The notes under the pieces were generated by a model. That model did not search any database. It was not told the origin of the DNA and saw nothing but the letters and a program-made list of their open reading frames with translations. Positions 36,198 to 47,845 of a stretch of DNA of 64,000 nt are shown here, one piece after another. Numbering within the stretch: position 1 is the stretch's first letter; the number at the start of each line of letters is the position of its first letter. Both the position numbers and the translations under genes were made by a program. Source of the DNA: Podarcis erhardii (Eukaryota); assembly GCA_964252035.1 (NCBI GenBank), contig OZ176201.1. One strand, written 5' to 3'.

Positions 36198-36300
36198 GTT
36201 ATGTTTAGACATGGCTTTGTCACGTTCCGTGACTGCTCTGGATAACGAAAGGTTCACTGTACAGTCGGTGATGCTCAAGCTTGCCGTTCCCATTGTGCTG
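36198..36300 (+). CDS. TMEM94: TMEM94 coding exon 7 (LCLDMALSRSVTALDNERFTVQSVMLKLAVPIVL)
   Basis: ttttcAG|G ... CTG|gtacgt; 103 nt, phase 2-0. Confidence 0.95.
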
Positions 36301-36688
36301 GTACGTCCTATTGATGAGCTGCTTTTTGTGACCAGGCTTGGTCCACTCAGGTTCCAGGTGCCTGGGACCATTGCATTTGACTACACCTTCCTGTGACCTG
36401 AGCAGTTCTAACTTATGCAGTGGGTTCTTGATTGGTTTTGTGTATTGGTCATACTCTTTGGAGCTCTGCATTCAGTGGTAGAATACTGGAATTACTTGGT
36501 TTGTGCATAGAAGAGAATTTGGCAAAATCCATGGATGTTCATGGCAAGCCCTGGATTCTCAGACTCCAGTTTATATGTATAGTATGCATCATTTTTAGGC
36601 AAATCTTTTTTTTTTAAGGCAAATGAAGTAAACAGGCTCCATTAATTAATGCATTTTTTGTCACATCCAAAATTAGTCACTACTTATA

Positions 36689-36817
36689 GGCCTTGGGATG
36701 GCTCAGTTGGTAGAAAGCATGAAACTCTTAATCTCAGGGTCATGGGGCAAAAGATTCCTGCATTACAGGGGCTTGTGCTACATAAACCCCATCCCTTCCA
36801 ATTCTACAGTTCTATTC
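36689..36817 (+). mobile_element. tRNA-Lys-derived SINE with CR1-like tail
   Basis: GCTCAGTTGGTAGA.AGCATGAAACTCTTAATCTCAGGGTCATGGG followed by AAAAGATTCCTGCATT...CCCTTCCAATTCTAC. Confidence 0.7.
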
Positions 36818-36857
36818 CTTTTTTAGATTTAGATTTTTAAACTTTTATTTCCAACAC

Positions 36858-37017
36858 AGTTGTAGGACACCTGCTTTGTATGCAGAAGGTCTTGTATTCA
36901 GTCCATCATCTCCAGGTAGGACTGGGAGTGTCCCCTGCCTGAGACCCTGGAGAGCCTTCTGATGGTTGGTGCTGAGCCGGTTTGACGAATGCTCCTTGGT
37001 GTTAGGCAGCTTCCTGA
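36858..37017 (+). mobile_element. Degenerate tRNA-Ala-derived SINE
   Basis: CTGCTTTGTATGCAGAAGGTC...CATCTCCAGGTAGG...CCCTGGAGAGCC...AGGCAGCTTCCT. Confidence 0.65.
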
Positions 37018-37193
37018 TCAGTTCTGGGAGACATTTACCTTTTTCAAATGGCTTGGGCCATTGAAGCTCTGATTGCTTTAATGTAATAATAACCAGAAGG
37101 TGTTTCTGTAGTGTTTTAAGTGATATAACTACACCTATCATAGTGATTTACATATAGGGGCTTCTAATGCTGTCTCCTTTCCTTAAACGGCAG

Positions 37194-37280
37194 ATTGGTT
37201 TCCTGATCACCAATGCCATACGCTTTGTTTTCATGGCTCCTGGAGTTGTCCCTTGGCAATACACATTGCTTCAGCTGCAG
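37194..37280 (+). CDS. TMEM94: TMEM94 coding exon 8 (IGFLITNAIRFVFMAPGVVPWQYTLLQLQ)
   Basis: acggcAG|ATT ... CAG|gtaaaa; 87 nt, phase 0-0. Confidence 0.94.
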
Positions 37281-37365
37281 GTAAAATAGAAGAATGTGTT
37301 TTTATTTTCTCTGAACTTCAGTTAGTTTCCCGTATCAGGAAAGACATACTTTTCTGGGCTATACT

Positions 37366-37366
<1 letters not shown>

Positions 37367-37396
<30 letters not shown>
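37367..37396. repeat. (GT)15 microsatellite
   Basis: Read directly. Confidence 0.95.
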
Positions 37397-37398
<2 letters not shown>

Positions 37399-38002
37399 GT
37401 GATGCAAATCCACCTAGCTATGATGTGGATGTAAAATTGATTTTAAACACTAATTCACCAAGAAACTTCTGTGGTCTTCTGAAGGGCTCTTCACTTCTGT
37501 TCTGTTTTTCCCTGTGGGGATATTTGTTAGTGAAGTGTTCAGGCTTAGCCTGTGTCTAGAAACCTCTCTCCTCTTGGACTTCCATATGCTTGTTTTGATG
37601 AAGTTTCCTTTCACATCTGAGATTCATATGGAAACTGTAGCTTTTCCTCTCAGTTTAAAAGTACCATGATGGGTTTGTAGGTGATCAGCACTTTAAATCT
37701 AAAGAAGAGCACTGATTATCTGCAGCCTATACATGTCCATACAGAATAGCAGAAGTGGCCTTCGAAGCACAGTGATGTTCATTTAACCTCATCTCTTCTT
37801 TATGTCTCTGTGTGTGTGTCTGTGTGTTTTCTTTGCACATCTGTCCATTGATCTTGAGCGCTGGACACATCTTGGAAGTATAAGTAATAATGTTCTTGTG
37901 AGCAAGCAGTTCCTGCTCACTGGGTGGGTGTGTGTTGCTGTTGGGGAGGTGACGGAGCCAATCTTCAGCTATATTAACTGGAGACCTGGAATGCCTTCAC
38001 AG

Positions 38003-38119
38003 GTCAATGGGGTCCTGCCCATCCTCCCGCTGCTCTTCCCTGTCCTGTGGATTCTTGCCACTGCCTTTGGTGAAGCCAGAGTCCTGGCCCAGATGAGCAA
38101 GACCTCACCCACTTCCCTG
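38003..38119 (+). CDS. TMEM94: TMEM94 coding exon 9 (VNGVLPILPLLFPVLWILATAFGEARVLAQMSKTSPTSL)
   Basis: ttcacAG|GTC ... CTG|gtaggt; 117 nt, phase 0-0. Confidence 0.96.
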
Positions 38120-38360
38120 GTAGGTACTTCTACAACATCATGTTGTTGGGAAGAGGGTGGACTGGGTAAAGGCAATTCTGGACTACTGAGACAAGAGGGG
38201 AGTTCACAGATGTTTCCTAGGTCTGAAAAATACAAATACAGTGGGCCTGTGTTTTTCCATTTTGCCCTGTGAACCTTTGAAACTGGATCAGTTGTGGGTG
38301 CAAGTGGAAGTATTGCCATGGGGTGGGGGGGACGAACATAGTAATAGTAATAGTAGTAGC

Positions 38361-38399
<39 letters not shown>
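38361..38399. repeat. (AAT)13 microsatellite
   Basis: Read directly. Confidence 0.95.
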
Positions 38400-38400
<1 letters not shown>

Positions 38401-39675
38401 TGGTATTCTTTATATGCCACCCATCATTCAACAGAATAGTTGGGAGTAGAACTGACACGGGTCTGTTAGGTTTGGGGAATGGGCAAAAAGGGGGTGGTAG
38501 GAAGCCCTGATGGACAAGCTGCTGGGTTTCAGCTCTCAGCTTTGAATAATTTCTCCGAAAGGCTTGAACAACGGAGATGGTAGGTCCAAGTGCCTGCTTG
38601 CCTGTCGCAGCCAGTATTTGGGCTCTAGCCTTTGACTGTTCTGCTGAATCTTCTTAATAATTGTCTAATATCTGTAAAGCCAGATTTTGTGTGGGTTCTC
38701 CCCTCCCCCAATCTCTGGGGTGCAAGAATAATAGGAGAGGCTTTTTATCTTCTGTGTGAAGGGAGAAAGGGGGCAGATGGTTCATCTGTCAGTTGATTCC
38801 TACCACTCCAGATGTTACTTCTGTCTCTTCCATTCACTGCCCTCTTCTCTCTCTCTTCTCCATTTCTGCTTGCTGCAGGCATGTAAAGCTTAAGTTCCTT
38901 CTCTTCCTCTTCCCCCTTTCCCCACCTTGTTGCCAGCACCTCCATGTTCCCTGTCACCCACACTTGTGTTCCCAGTTGTTTTCATGTTTGCTTTCTTTAT
39001 CCTGCCAGTTCTTTCCCCCTCTGTGATTAAATTTCAGATGTGATTCTGCATCGCTGTCACCTGAATGCTTGTTTGTGTCTTAGTTCCATCTTGACTTAGA
39101 GTAGCATCCTCTCTTGTATCTATTTCCCCCCTAATCTGTTTGGAATATAGCAGTTACAGCCCTTTCCTCCTTGATCAGGCTCTTGGATCATGTGTCCTCC
39201 TGTCTTCTCCTGGCCTTCCCTTCACCTATTGGATCTGAGCTCTTGTTCTCTCATTCTGCATGATGCCGTTCCTTTCTTTCCATCACCTTTCCCCCAGTTT
39301 CCTCTTCAAACCGTCTTGTGGGCCACCTTTGTATTTGATGCTCCTCCTGACCATTTTGAATGGGGGTAATGTACCCTGTTCAGATCAAATACTATCTTCT
39401 ACATCGAGACACCAGTCCAAGATGAACCTCGAGTTTCCTTTACCGATTCCATCTCTCGAAGATATTCGGAAAAAAGGACAGTGTCATTTGGGTTCTAATT
39501 CTTGACTTGGACAAAGCGTAGCCAAGGCAGGGTTCTGGATTCTGTTCAGGTCCTGCAGAGCAAATCCCATTTCTCATCCATATCTTCCACTGGTGAAAAA
39601 ATGTTTTCCAAGGGATGTTCCTCATGCATCATTTCTCAGCACCTTGATAGTAACCAATTTGTTCTCTTGCTGCAG

Positions 39676-39732
39676 CTGGCTAAGTTCTCAGAGGACACAC
39701 TGAGCAGCTACACAGAGGTGGTATCTACCCAG
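39676..39732 (+). CDS. TMEM94: TMEM94 coding exon 10 (LAKFSEDTLSSYTEVVSTQ)
   Basis: gctgcAG|CTG ... CAG|gtacta; 57 nt, phase 0-0. Confidence 0.94.
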
Positions 39733-40274
39733 GTACTATTTTATTAACCAGTCTTGCATCTTGTTCTTGTGGTGTTGCACAGTGCCGTAAGATCCTCTCC
39801 ATCCTCTCTCTCTGTGATCTGCTTGCCCACTTGTGCTTATATCCTGCTGCTGGTGTCTCTCGCTTTGTTGGCGCTTTCGTTTGCTCCTCCTGCGCTTCGC
39901 ATGCCGGATGCACACTCCCCCCCATGCTCTTTCTCATAGCAGATGCTCACAGTTCCCTTTGATTGTCTGAGAGCGAAAGGCCTTGTGATTCAAGCCTGCG
40001 GTTGCCTAGAATGTTTAAAATCTGAATCTTAAACAAGCTGAGTTTCAAATCCTATATTGATTGCCCTTCTGGGTGGAAATAGCTGACTGAGAGAGACTGG
40101 TAAGTATCACAGGGACTTGGACAGACTTTCATATAGACAAATCATCGAAATCAAAGTGGGAAGAGGAAGAATGGAAATCATGCTCATATGTTTTATTGAA
40201 CTGGACAGGGGGAAAACAAGGGCTGGGATTTCTAAGTTGACCCTGGAGCCTCTGTGTTGCAGTCAATTTTTGTA

Positions 40275-40393
40275 GTTAGCTCTGCTGATGTTGTTGAACT
40301 GCAACTCCCATCAGCCCCAGCCAGCATGACTAGTGGCCAGGGCTACTGAGAATTTTAGTTCAGCAACATCTGGAGGGCCACAGGTTCTCCACA
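40275..40393. mobile_element. Degenerate hAT-Charlie MITE
   Basis: GAACTGCAACTCCCATCAGCCCCAGCCAGCATG...CAACATCTGGAGGGCCACAGGTT. Confidence 0.6.
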
Positions 40394-41670
40394 TTTGGGG
40401 TGGCACCTTGACCACCTCAATATGTCTGCCCTTCTCTGCAGCTGTATTTTCATAGATGCTCAGACATCATCACAATGAACTCCAGAAGGCAGTTTGTCCT
40501 TACTTCACTCTCGCCCACCAAAAACGTAATTTAGTCAAATGGAATCAAAATGATTTATTGGCGGCACGTCTTGCTTTCCTCAGTCAGAAGCAAGGACCAA
40601 TTTGGGCTGCTCATTGATTTTCGTAGTGACTACACCAAGGATTGGGTGGGTGGGTGGGAAATACTGTGGCAGTAAATTTTCTTGGTAAATCTTCAATAAA
40701 TTGTTTCCCAAAATTGAACCCATCTATAGCATTTAACTGATAATACTGATGATAAGAATACACTGTGTTGGCTGCCTATTAGCTAGTGAGCCAAATTCCA
40801 GGTTTTGTTACTAACATTTAAAACCCTAAGCAACTTGGGACCAGGATATCTGGCAGACACAGACCAGGCCAATCTTTAAGAACTTCTGAGGAGACCCTGC
40901 TGGTCATTCCATGACCAGTGGATTGCCAAAAGTCAGTCAGTTCATTGTGTTTTAGCAGACAGCCAATATACACATGAAAATAATAAATGATGCAGTGGAT
41001 TGTTACCTTATGACAACATGGAAGTGGGCCTTCTTGGTGTTAGCACCTACTCTTTAGAATGCCCCCCCCCCCCGGTAATTAATGTGACAAAGAGGATAAT
41101 GACTTTTAAATGCCTCTTTAGAATTTGCATATTTACCCAGGTTTTTGTAGACTCTGCTTCCAAATTTTTTTTTGTACAGTGTGCTTGTGCTTTATTAACT
41201 TGTTTTTAAGATATTCTGTTGTTGTATTTTAATTGGGTTAAGTAATATGAAATATTGGAAATAAATTAATTATAGCCTGCTTTTCCACCAGTTTGCCTCC
41301 AATATTAGATTGTGTCTTTTCTCCTTAGCAGTGTTCTCTGAGCATCCCAGAATACGGGACTGAACAATAAAACCACAATGCGGCATGGAAATCCATTGAG
41401 TGAACCTTATAAATGAAATCCCATGCTACAAGCATTTTGTACAACCTGTGTATTGATCACCTCATCGAGTTTCTTCAAGCACTAGATCTCTTGTTTATGT
41501 ACAGCAGGCTGTACCTTCCTTCCTTCGGAAATGTGAAGCAGCGCACTTACCTGTAGTCCTGTCTTTTCTGGAAATGGATCTCATTTCACAATGAACTGAA
41601 ACTCCTTGCCTCTTTCCCTTCACTTTGTGTATCCATTCATGTCCAATCCCCCCCCCCTTTTTTTTGGCAG

Positions 41671-41775
41671 GAAATGATGCGGTGTATCTGGAGCCACTTC
41701 CTGCATGTTCTGAAGGGCAGGTCTCCAACCCTCACCTTCACCTCTAGTTTGCTTCACAGCCTGGGATCTGTCACA
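41671..41775 (+). CDS. TMEM94: TMEM94 coding exon 11 (EMMRCIWSHFLHVLKGRSPTLTFTSSLLHSLGSVT)
   Basis: tttggcAG|GAA ... ACA|gtaagt; 105 nt, phase 0-0. Confidence 0.95.
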
Positions 41776-41870
41776 GTAAGTATGCTTGCAAGGAGCGATC
41801 TGACAGTGAGCATCCTAGTTGCAGGGCCTGCCTGCTGGGTCCTTAGGTTTCCTGTTTCTTTTTCAGGGCA

Positions 41871-41997
41871 AGGGCTATAGCTCAGTGGTAGAGCATATGC
41901 TTTTCCAAGTCGGGCTGCAGATGTCCTCTTGTCTGACATCCTGGAGAACATTAAGCTAGATAGGCCAATTGCCTGACTCCATATCATGGCAGCTTCC
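41871..41997 (+). mobile_element. Internally deleted tRNA-Ala-derived SINE
   Basis: GGGCTATAGCTCAGTGGTAGAGCAT head; AGCTAGATAGGCCAAT...CTGACTC...GGCAGCTTCC tail. Confidence 0.65.
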
Positions 41998-42818
41998 AAA
42001 AGATTCTTCTAAATCCCATGAGGGCGTCTGTATTGTTAGCTGGATATTTCTGAGTTAGTGACTTAGATAATACATTCAGCTTGACCCTAGTGTCTGAAAC
42101 ACAGGAGGTCAGATTTCTGCAGAAACCATGGACAAGCTCTTATGACCTGGATGGGCTAGCTAGCTGTTTCTTGCTTCAAGCAACTGACAGTAGTATCTGC
42201 TGGTCAGGGAAAAATGTGATAGACCCAAGCACTTTCTTTTTAGATTAATCACATATAAATCTGAACTTACTGTTTTGTGCCTTGGAAGCATTTACACTCC
42301 CAAGTACTCATTCTAGAGTTGTGCCTTCTGCCCTCTCCCCACCCCCCCTTTTTTTTGGTAGCATTCCTCATTCCTGCACATAGCATAGATAGTTTTCAGG
42401 AGATTGTCCTATGTGGAGCAGCCTGGGAAACCTGTGGTAGTGAGTCATAAAGGACACTGACAAAGGTCACATTTTGCTTTCTTCAGCTATAATGTTTCTT
42501 GGCCTTAGATGGCTTATCACTAAACTGGGGAGGCTGCTTGCCACTGAGCCACCCTATCTTTAAACTATCTTGTGGTAGCACCTGCACATTAAACTGACAG
42601 AGATGTTGAGGAGGGCAGTGCTGTATTTGGTAGCATTAAGGGAAGTCTCCAGGGATGGGAGGCTACTCAGAAAGGGCCTTTCCTTCTGCTATCCATTGTG
42701 CTTGAAGGCTGAGGTGATACGGCTGATATTTATCTGCCTCAGTGATTCATGCACAGTCTTGCCAATAGTTTTTTGTGTGTCCCTGGGGTGTTGTGGGATG
42801 TCTTGGGCCTGTTTTTAG

Positions 42819-42983
42819 GTGCTTTGCTGTGTGGATAAGCAAGGAATTCTGTCCTGGCCTAATCCCAGTCCAGAGACGGTTTTGTTCTTCAGTGGTAAAG
42901 TGGAACCTCCTCATAGCAGCCATGAAGACCTGACAGATGAACTCTCCACACGCTCCTTCTGCCACCCAGAATTGGACGAAGAG
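42819..42983 (+). CDS. TMEM94: TMEM94 coding exon 12 (VLCCVDKQGILSWPNPSPET...HPELDEE)
   Basis: tttttAG|GTG ... GAG|gtgaga; 165 nt, phase 0-0; contains the DKTGT-like motif DKQGI. Confidence 0.96.
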
Positions 42984-43129
42984 GTGAGAGACAGCTTTTT
43001 GGACCACAGAGTCTGGTTTGTCAAGAAATTCTGCCTTCTTTTCTCCCCAGTTTCTATAAGACCCCTCAACCCTCTTGTGTCTTAACATCTGCCAGAGAGA
43101 CCCCTTTCAGGCTGTCACCCTCTAGCAGT

Positions 43130-43428
43130 GCATTACTGCCATCTCCTCAGAGCAGGGCCCTTCTTCACAGTTGCCCAACAATTTGGAATGAAGCTTGTTC
43201 CCCAGGAGGGTGTACTCAGCCTCATTCTTAGCTGGGAGTTTCAGTTAATAAAAAAAACCTGGTCTGCTTTGTCTATCCTTTGATAAACTGCTTCCGGTTT
43301 GCTTTCCAATTTTAGCTGACTTTCTATCGTTTTATTGGATGCTATTGGTTTTTTTACTGTTACTGCAAAGCGCTTCATAAATTTTAGTTTTGAAAAGCAG
43401 CATATAAATAAATAAACAAATAAATTAT
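43130..43428 (+). mobile_element. Old L2-type LINE 3' fragment
   Basis: GGGCCCTTCTTCACAGTTGCCC...TTTGGAAT ... AAAGCGCTTC...AAAAGCAGCATATAAATAAATAAA. Confidence 0.6.
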
Positions 43429-43586
43429 TTGCCACCACTATTTATGTAGTTTGAAAATTTGGGACTTGCTTTATCTTACATAATCAACTCAGTAGTGGCT
43501 CCTAGGGGAAAAAAAGCAATGAAAAAAATAAGACATAAAATTGAACAGTAAAAAAGCAGCGATACCATGGTGAACCCACCAACAAA

Positions 43587-43590
<4 letters not shown>

Positions 43591-43641
<51 letters not shown>
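43591..43641. repeat. (TAA)17 microsatellite
   Basis: Read directly. Confidence 0.95.
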
Positions 43642-43643
<2 letters not shown>

Positions 43644-43955
43644 TCACACACATACCCCCCTTCATTTCAGTCAGAATGATTAAAACAGTGAGCAACAAAT
43701 GAATAAATTGGAATTAATATTGGGAGTCTGGAGAATCAAAAAGTTCACTTGTCCCCCCCCCCATCTTCTGCCACAAGTTGTCCACTTGAGTGACCAAGCC
43801 AGTTTCTGTCTTAAAACCGGGTCCAACTTCCCCCTTCACCTTGAAGGATAAACCAAGTCTTCCAGGGTCCTGAAGTTGCTAATCAATGCATTTTTCCTCT
43901 TCCTGTTCGGCTCACAGATGTTTCTCTGCTTACCTCTTCTTATGCTTTATTACAG

Positions 43956-44168
43956 CCCCACGAAAGGGACGCTCTGCTGTCGGGGCCTTTGTCAGACATC
44001 GTTCACATCACCAATGAGCAAGAGAGAGCGGAGTGGTCTACCGGCAATACCCCAAAGTCTTCTGAGGCTCATGCTCACAAGAAGCCAACCGGCCGCAGCA
44101 AACACCCTTCGGGATCCAATGTGAGCTTCAGTAAGGACATTGAGGGCGGGGAGGAGGAGCCCATGCAG
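43956..44168 (+). CDS. TMEM94: TMEM94 coding exon 13 (PHERDALLSG...RSKHPSGSNVSFSKDIEGGEEEPMQ)
   Basis: attacAG|CCC ... CAG|gtaagg; 213 nt, phase 0-0. Confidence 0.94.
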
Positions 44169-44846
44169 GTAAGGAATACCAAAGGCTGCAGAGGTCAGGA
44201 GGTTGTCCTATCCAGTTAGGAGAAAGGTGGTGTCCCAGTCTGCTAAGGAGTCATCCGTAGATAAGGCAGGAGGGTAAGAGTTGTGAACATGAGAGAGAGG
44301 AAGAAAGCATTTGAAAACTCCTCTTCTTAGGGCAAAAGGAACAAGTGTGTCTTAAGTGCCTGCTGCCCCAAAGCACCACGGACTGATTTGCATGTGGCTA
44401 CCTAGATAGGTTTATGATTTAAGGCCTTGTGCCTATATGTCTGTCTGTAGAGAGACCGAAGGTTTTTCAAGATGCTAATTATTCTGCCAATTAAATTAAA
44501 GAGCTCTGAGGGCTGTTTGTAGTACCTAGGTAGGAACCCAAAGCCCTGCAGATGTCAAGGATGATAGAAGTTGCCGACTAGCAACATTACAGGACCACAA
44601 GTTCTCCACTCCTGCTTTAGGAGAATGCACAACAGAGGATGGCAGAACCAATAGGTTAGAGAAGCAGGACTCATTTCATGTTCAAGTTTCTAGTTGAGTG
44701 GCTTTGCTGGTCGTTGTTATGCAATTTTAGAGCAAGTAAAAAGTTTCTGGTGCCAATCCAGTAGTGCCTGAGTCACTCAAACCTATTGATTTCAGTGGGT
44801 TTAGGCAACATCTGTGTTAAGTCATTGACTTCCCATCCACAAGCTC

Positions 44847-44988
44847 TAACCCAGTCTTTCTCAGCTTTGGGTCCCCAGACATTCTTGAATCACAACTCCC
44901 ATCATCCCTGACCTTTGACCTTGCTGGCTGGGTCTGATGGGTTTTATAGTCAAAGAGCATCTGCAGTGTCAAAGCTTCCCCACCACTG
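44847..44988. mobile_element. Degenerate hAT-Charlie MITE
   Basis: CAGTCTTTCTCAGCTTTGGGTCCCCAG...CAACTCCCATCATCCCTGACC...TTCCCCACCACTG. Confidence 0.6.
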
Positions 44989-45088
44989 ATGTGCACTAAA
45001 CCATTTCTGAATTTTTCTCCCCCTCTGAAAGGGGAACGAATGCTGGCACCTTAACTTTTGACTTTGCGTTTCTTGAATGTTGAGCCAG

Positions 45089-45404
45089 GTTGAGGCTGAC
45101 AGCGAGGGCCTGGCATGCGAGGCAGAAGACTTTGTGTGCGATTACCACTTGGAGATGCTGAGCCTCTCCCAGGACCAGCAGAATCCCTCCTGCATCCAGT
45201 TTGACGACTCCAACTGGCAGATGCACTTGACCTCCCTGAAGCCCCTGGGCTTGAACGTGCTGCTTAACTTGTGCAATGCCAGCGTGACGGAGCGCCTGTG
45301 CCGATTCTCCGACCACCTCTGCAACATCGCCTTGCAGGAGACGCACAACGCCGTGTTGCCTGTCCATATTCCGTGGGGACTCTGTGAGCTGGCTAGGCTC
45401 ATAG
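45089..45404 (+). CDS. TMEM94: TMEM94 coding exon 14 (VEADSEGLACEAEDFVCDYHLEML...LCELARLI)
   Basis: gagccAG|GTT ... ATAG|gtgagg; 316 nt, phase 0-1. Confidence 0.95.
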
Positions 45405-45780
45405 GTGAGGAGGGCAGAGGCGGAGAGGGCAGCTGGTGGGGGGTGCCACTGTAACTTAGCTGTGTGTTAGCACAGGGGACTCTCAACGTATGCGTGGGTT
45501 ACGTTCTGGGCCCCTGCGCACACAAGTGAAATCATGTAAAATGGGAAGCACCCTCCAAACACTCTTTAAATGCCCTCTTGGCTGTTCTCTCTCTAACCCA
45601 TGCCATAAATATGCATCCGAGGGGAAAAAGAAGAGGTAACTGAAAATCTTGAATCAGTGCTTGAAGTTAGTCCCTGTTTAGGGAAGTTTTTAATATTTAA
45701 TGCTGTATTGTTTTTAACACTCGATTGGAAGCCGCCCAGAGTGGCTGGGGAAACTCAGCCAGATGGGTGGGGTATAAATA

Positions 45781-45808
45781 AATAATAATAATAATAATAA
45801 TAATAATA

Positions 45809-45853
<45 letters not shown>
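45781..45853. repeat. (AAT)10-T-(ATT)14 self-complementary microsatellite
   Basis: Read directly. Confidence 0.95.
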
Positions 45854-45855
<2 letters not shown>

Positions 45856-46298
45856 AAAACCTCAGCTGGAATTGAAGCTCTGGGGCCGGCAGGAGGCTGG
45901 AAGTCATGCGGGAAAGCGGCTGTTGCGCTACCCCGCACATTCACCTGTTAGGCGGGGAGGAGCAGTAGCATAAACAAAGCCCCTGACTCTTTGGGGCCTC
46001 ATCTGCTCTCACTAACGTCCTCTTTGGGCTCTGGGGGAGGGTCTCCTTGTGAGCCATGAGGACTCTCCAGCTCTCTCCTGCTATTTCCGTGTTTGAATTG
46101 TTTTATTTATTTCCTGGCACTGCGCGTATACGCATGAGTCAATTCCGCTAGGTGGTTATATGAGGCAAGGCAGTCCTTTAGGCGATGATCATAGGCAGAG
46201 GAGAATGGCAAATGAACTTGGAGAGCAGTGCCATATTCCTTGGGATTCCTGTTGTCCAAGAGTTCGCCTCCCATATCACTTTTTTCCCCCTCCCCCAG

Positions 46299-46472
46299 GC
46301 TTTACACCTGGTGCCAAAGAGCTTTTCAAGCAGGAGAACTACTTGGCCCTTTACCGGCTGCCATCAGATGAGATGGTGAAGGAGACGATGCTTGGGAAAC
46401 TCTCATTCATCACCAAAAGGAGACCACCTTTGAGCCACATGATCAGCCTTTTTGTCAAAGACACTACTACCA
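46299..46472 (+). CDS. TMEM94: TMEM94 coding exon 15 (FTPGAKELFKQENY...SLFVKDTTT)
   Basis: tcccccAG|GC ... ACCA|gtaagg; 174 nt, phase 1-1. Confidence 0.96.
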
Positions 46473-47742
46473 GTAAGGACACTTAACTTGGCGGGATTTT
46501 GACTAACATGTGATCAGAAGGATGACATACCACCTCTGGGACTGCAATTTGGCTGGCGGCCTAACCAATCTATTCAGGGCCCTTTGTATGTATTCTTAAG
46601 GGAATAGCAAAGGACTTGGGAACATGGTCCTAAAATATAAGCCAGAACAGGCCATTTCTATGCTACTACAGGGAAGTTACCAATTCTCTCCAGTGGAGGC
46701 TCCTAGGAGAGGAGCTATTTCTCAGTGGCTGGCTGGTGTTAGTTTCAACTGAGGCCTTAAGTTGAAATTTGGGGGGTTGTTTTAGTTGCTGCCTAGAACC
46801 AGGATATTAAACTATATTGTCAGCCAGGTCACCATGGCTTGTTCCCTGTGTTCCTTCCTGTTTAGTTCAAAGGCTTATGTATGTTCCATACTTGTCTTGG
46901 AAGTTTCCAGACTCAGTGAAGAATGAAGAAGCTGAAATTTTATTACCATTTATTTTCAATATGTAAAGCCCCGGAAGACTTACAGTGAATAATAACAGAC
47001 TTAAAAGCCAGGTTTGTTTAGGTCACACTCCAGCGTGACCAAGAGATGGTGCGTCTCCCTCAGGCAGGCAAACAGAGCAGGGTCTCCAGGACAATGGCCG
47101 AACCCTAGGAAGCTACTGCTAGCCTTTTTCCTTCAGAGACGCATAGGCATATATATTTAAAGGCAGTTACCATGTTACAGAGAGGGAAGAGAGATTCGCT
47201 TGGGTCACCTAAAGAGCGCCTGAGAGTTGTCAGTGGGGCACAGTGTTGAGAAGAGGCAGCTCTGCTGGGAAAGAGGGGCAGGCAGCAAACCTTTCTCAGA
47301 GACACCGTCTGGGTTTTGTGTACCTGACGCTAAATGGGGGAGAAGTCTTCTTCTTGATCCAAAAGGTGCCCCAGATAACAAAGAATAATTGCACTTCCAG
47401 CAATAGACTTGCAGCATCTTCCATCTTTCCTCCCTCCCCATCCTGGCCACTTGTCACATTGATGGGCATGTTGCTAGTACTTGTATAACACTTAGCAAAT
47501 GGTTTTCGCTCCTCTCCTGGCTCCTGGCAGTTGATCTTCTGCTTTAGCGGTAGATTTTATGATAGACAGAAAAGTTTCTTCTAGCGCCTACTTAAAATGT
47601 GTTTAATCACCATTTGTCACATTATCAAATGTACCCAGGGAGCCTGTGGGCGATGTAGAGTGTTAGAAATCTTCACAATAAACCAGCCTGTCAGCAAGCA
47701 ATTTTTAGAGTTGAGACACAGGTCCACGTTTTTCTCTCTCAG

Positions 47743-47845
47743 GCACCGAGCAGATGCTTTCCCATGGGACTGCTGACGTCATCCTGGAGGCCTGCACAGA
47801 CTTCTGGGACGGTTCGGATATTTATCCGCTGTCTGGCTCTGACAG
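47743..47845 (+). CDS. TMEM94: TMEM94 coding exon 16 (TEQMLSHGTADVILEACTDFWDGSDIYPLSGSD)
   Basis: ctctcAG|GC ... GACAG|gtaggc; 103 nt, phase 1-2. Confidence 0.96.

Noticed and set aside
36689-36750. tRNA-Lys-like sequence as a tRNA gene
   Set aside because: The T-arm/B-box is deleted and it runs into a CR1-like tail; it is a SINE head.
41871-41900. tRNA-Ala-like sequence as a tRNA gene
   Set aside because: Only the 5' 28 nt match; degenerate SINE.
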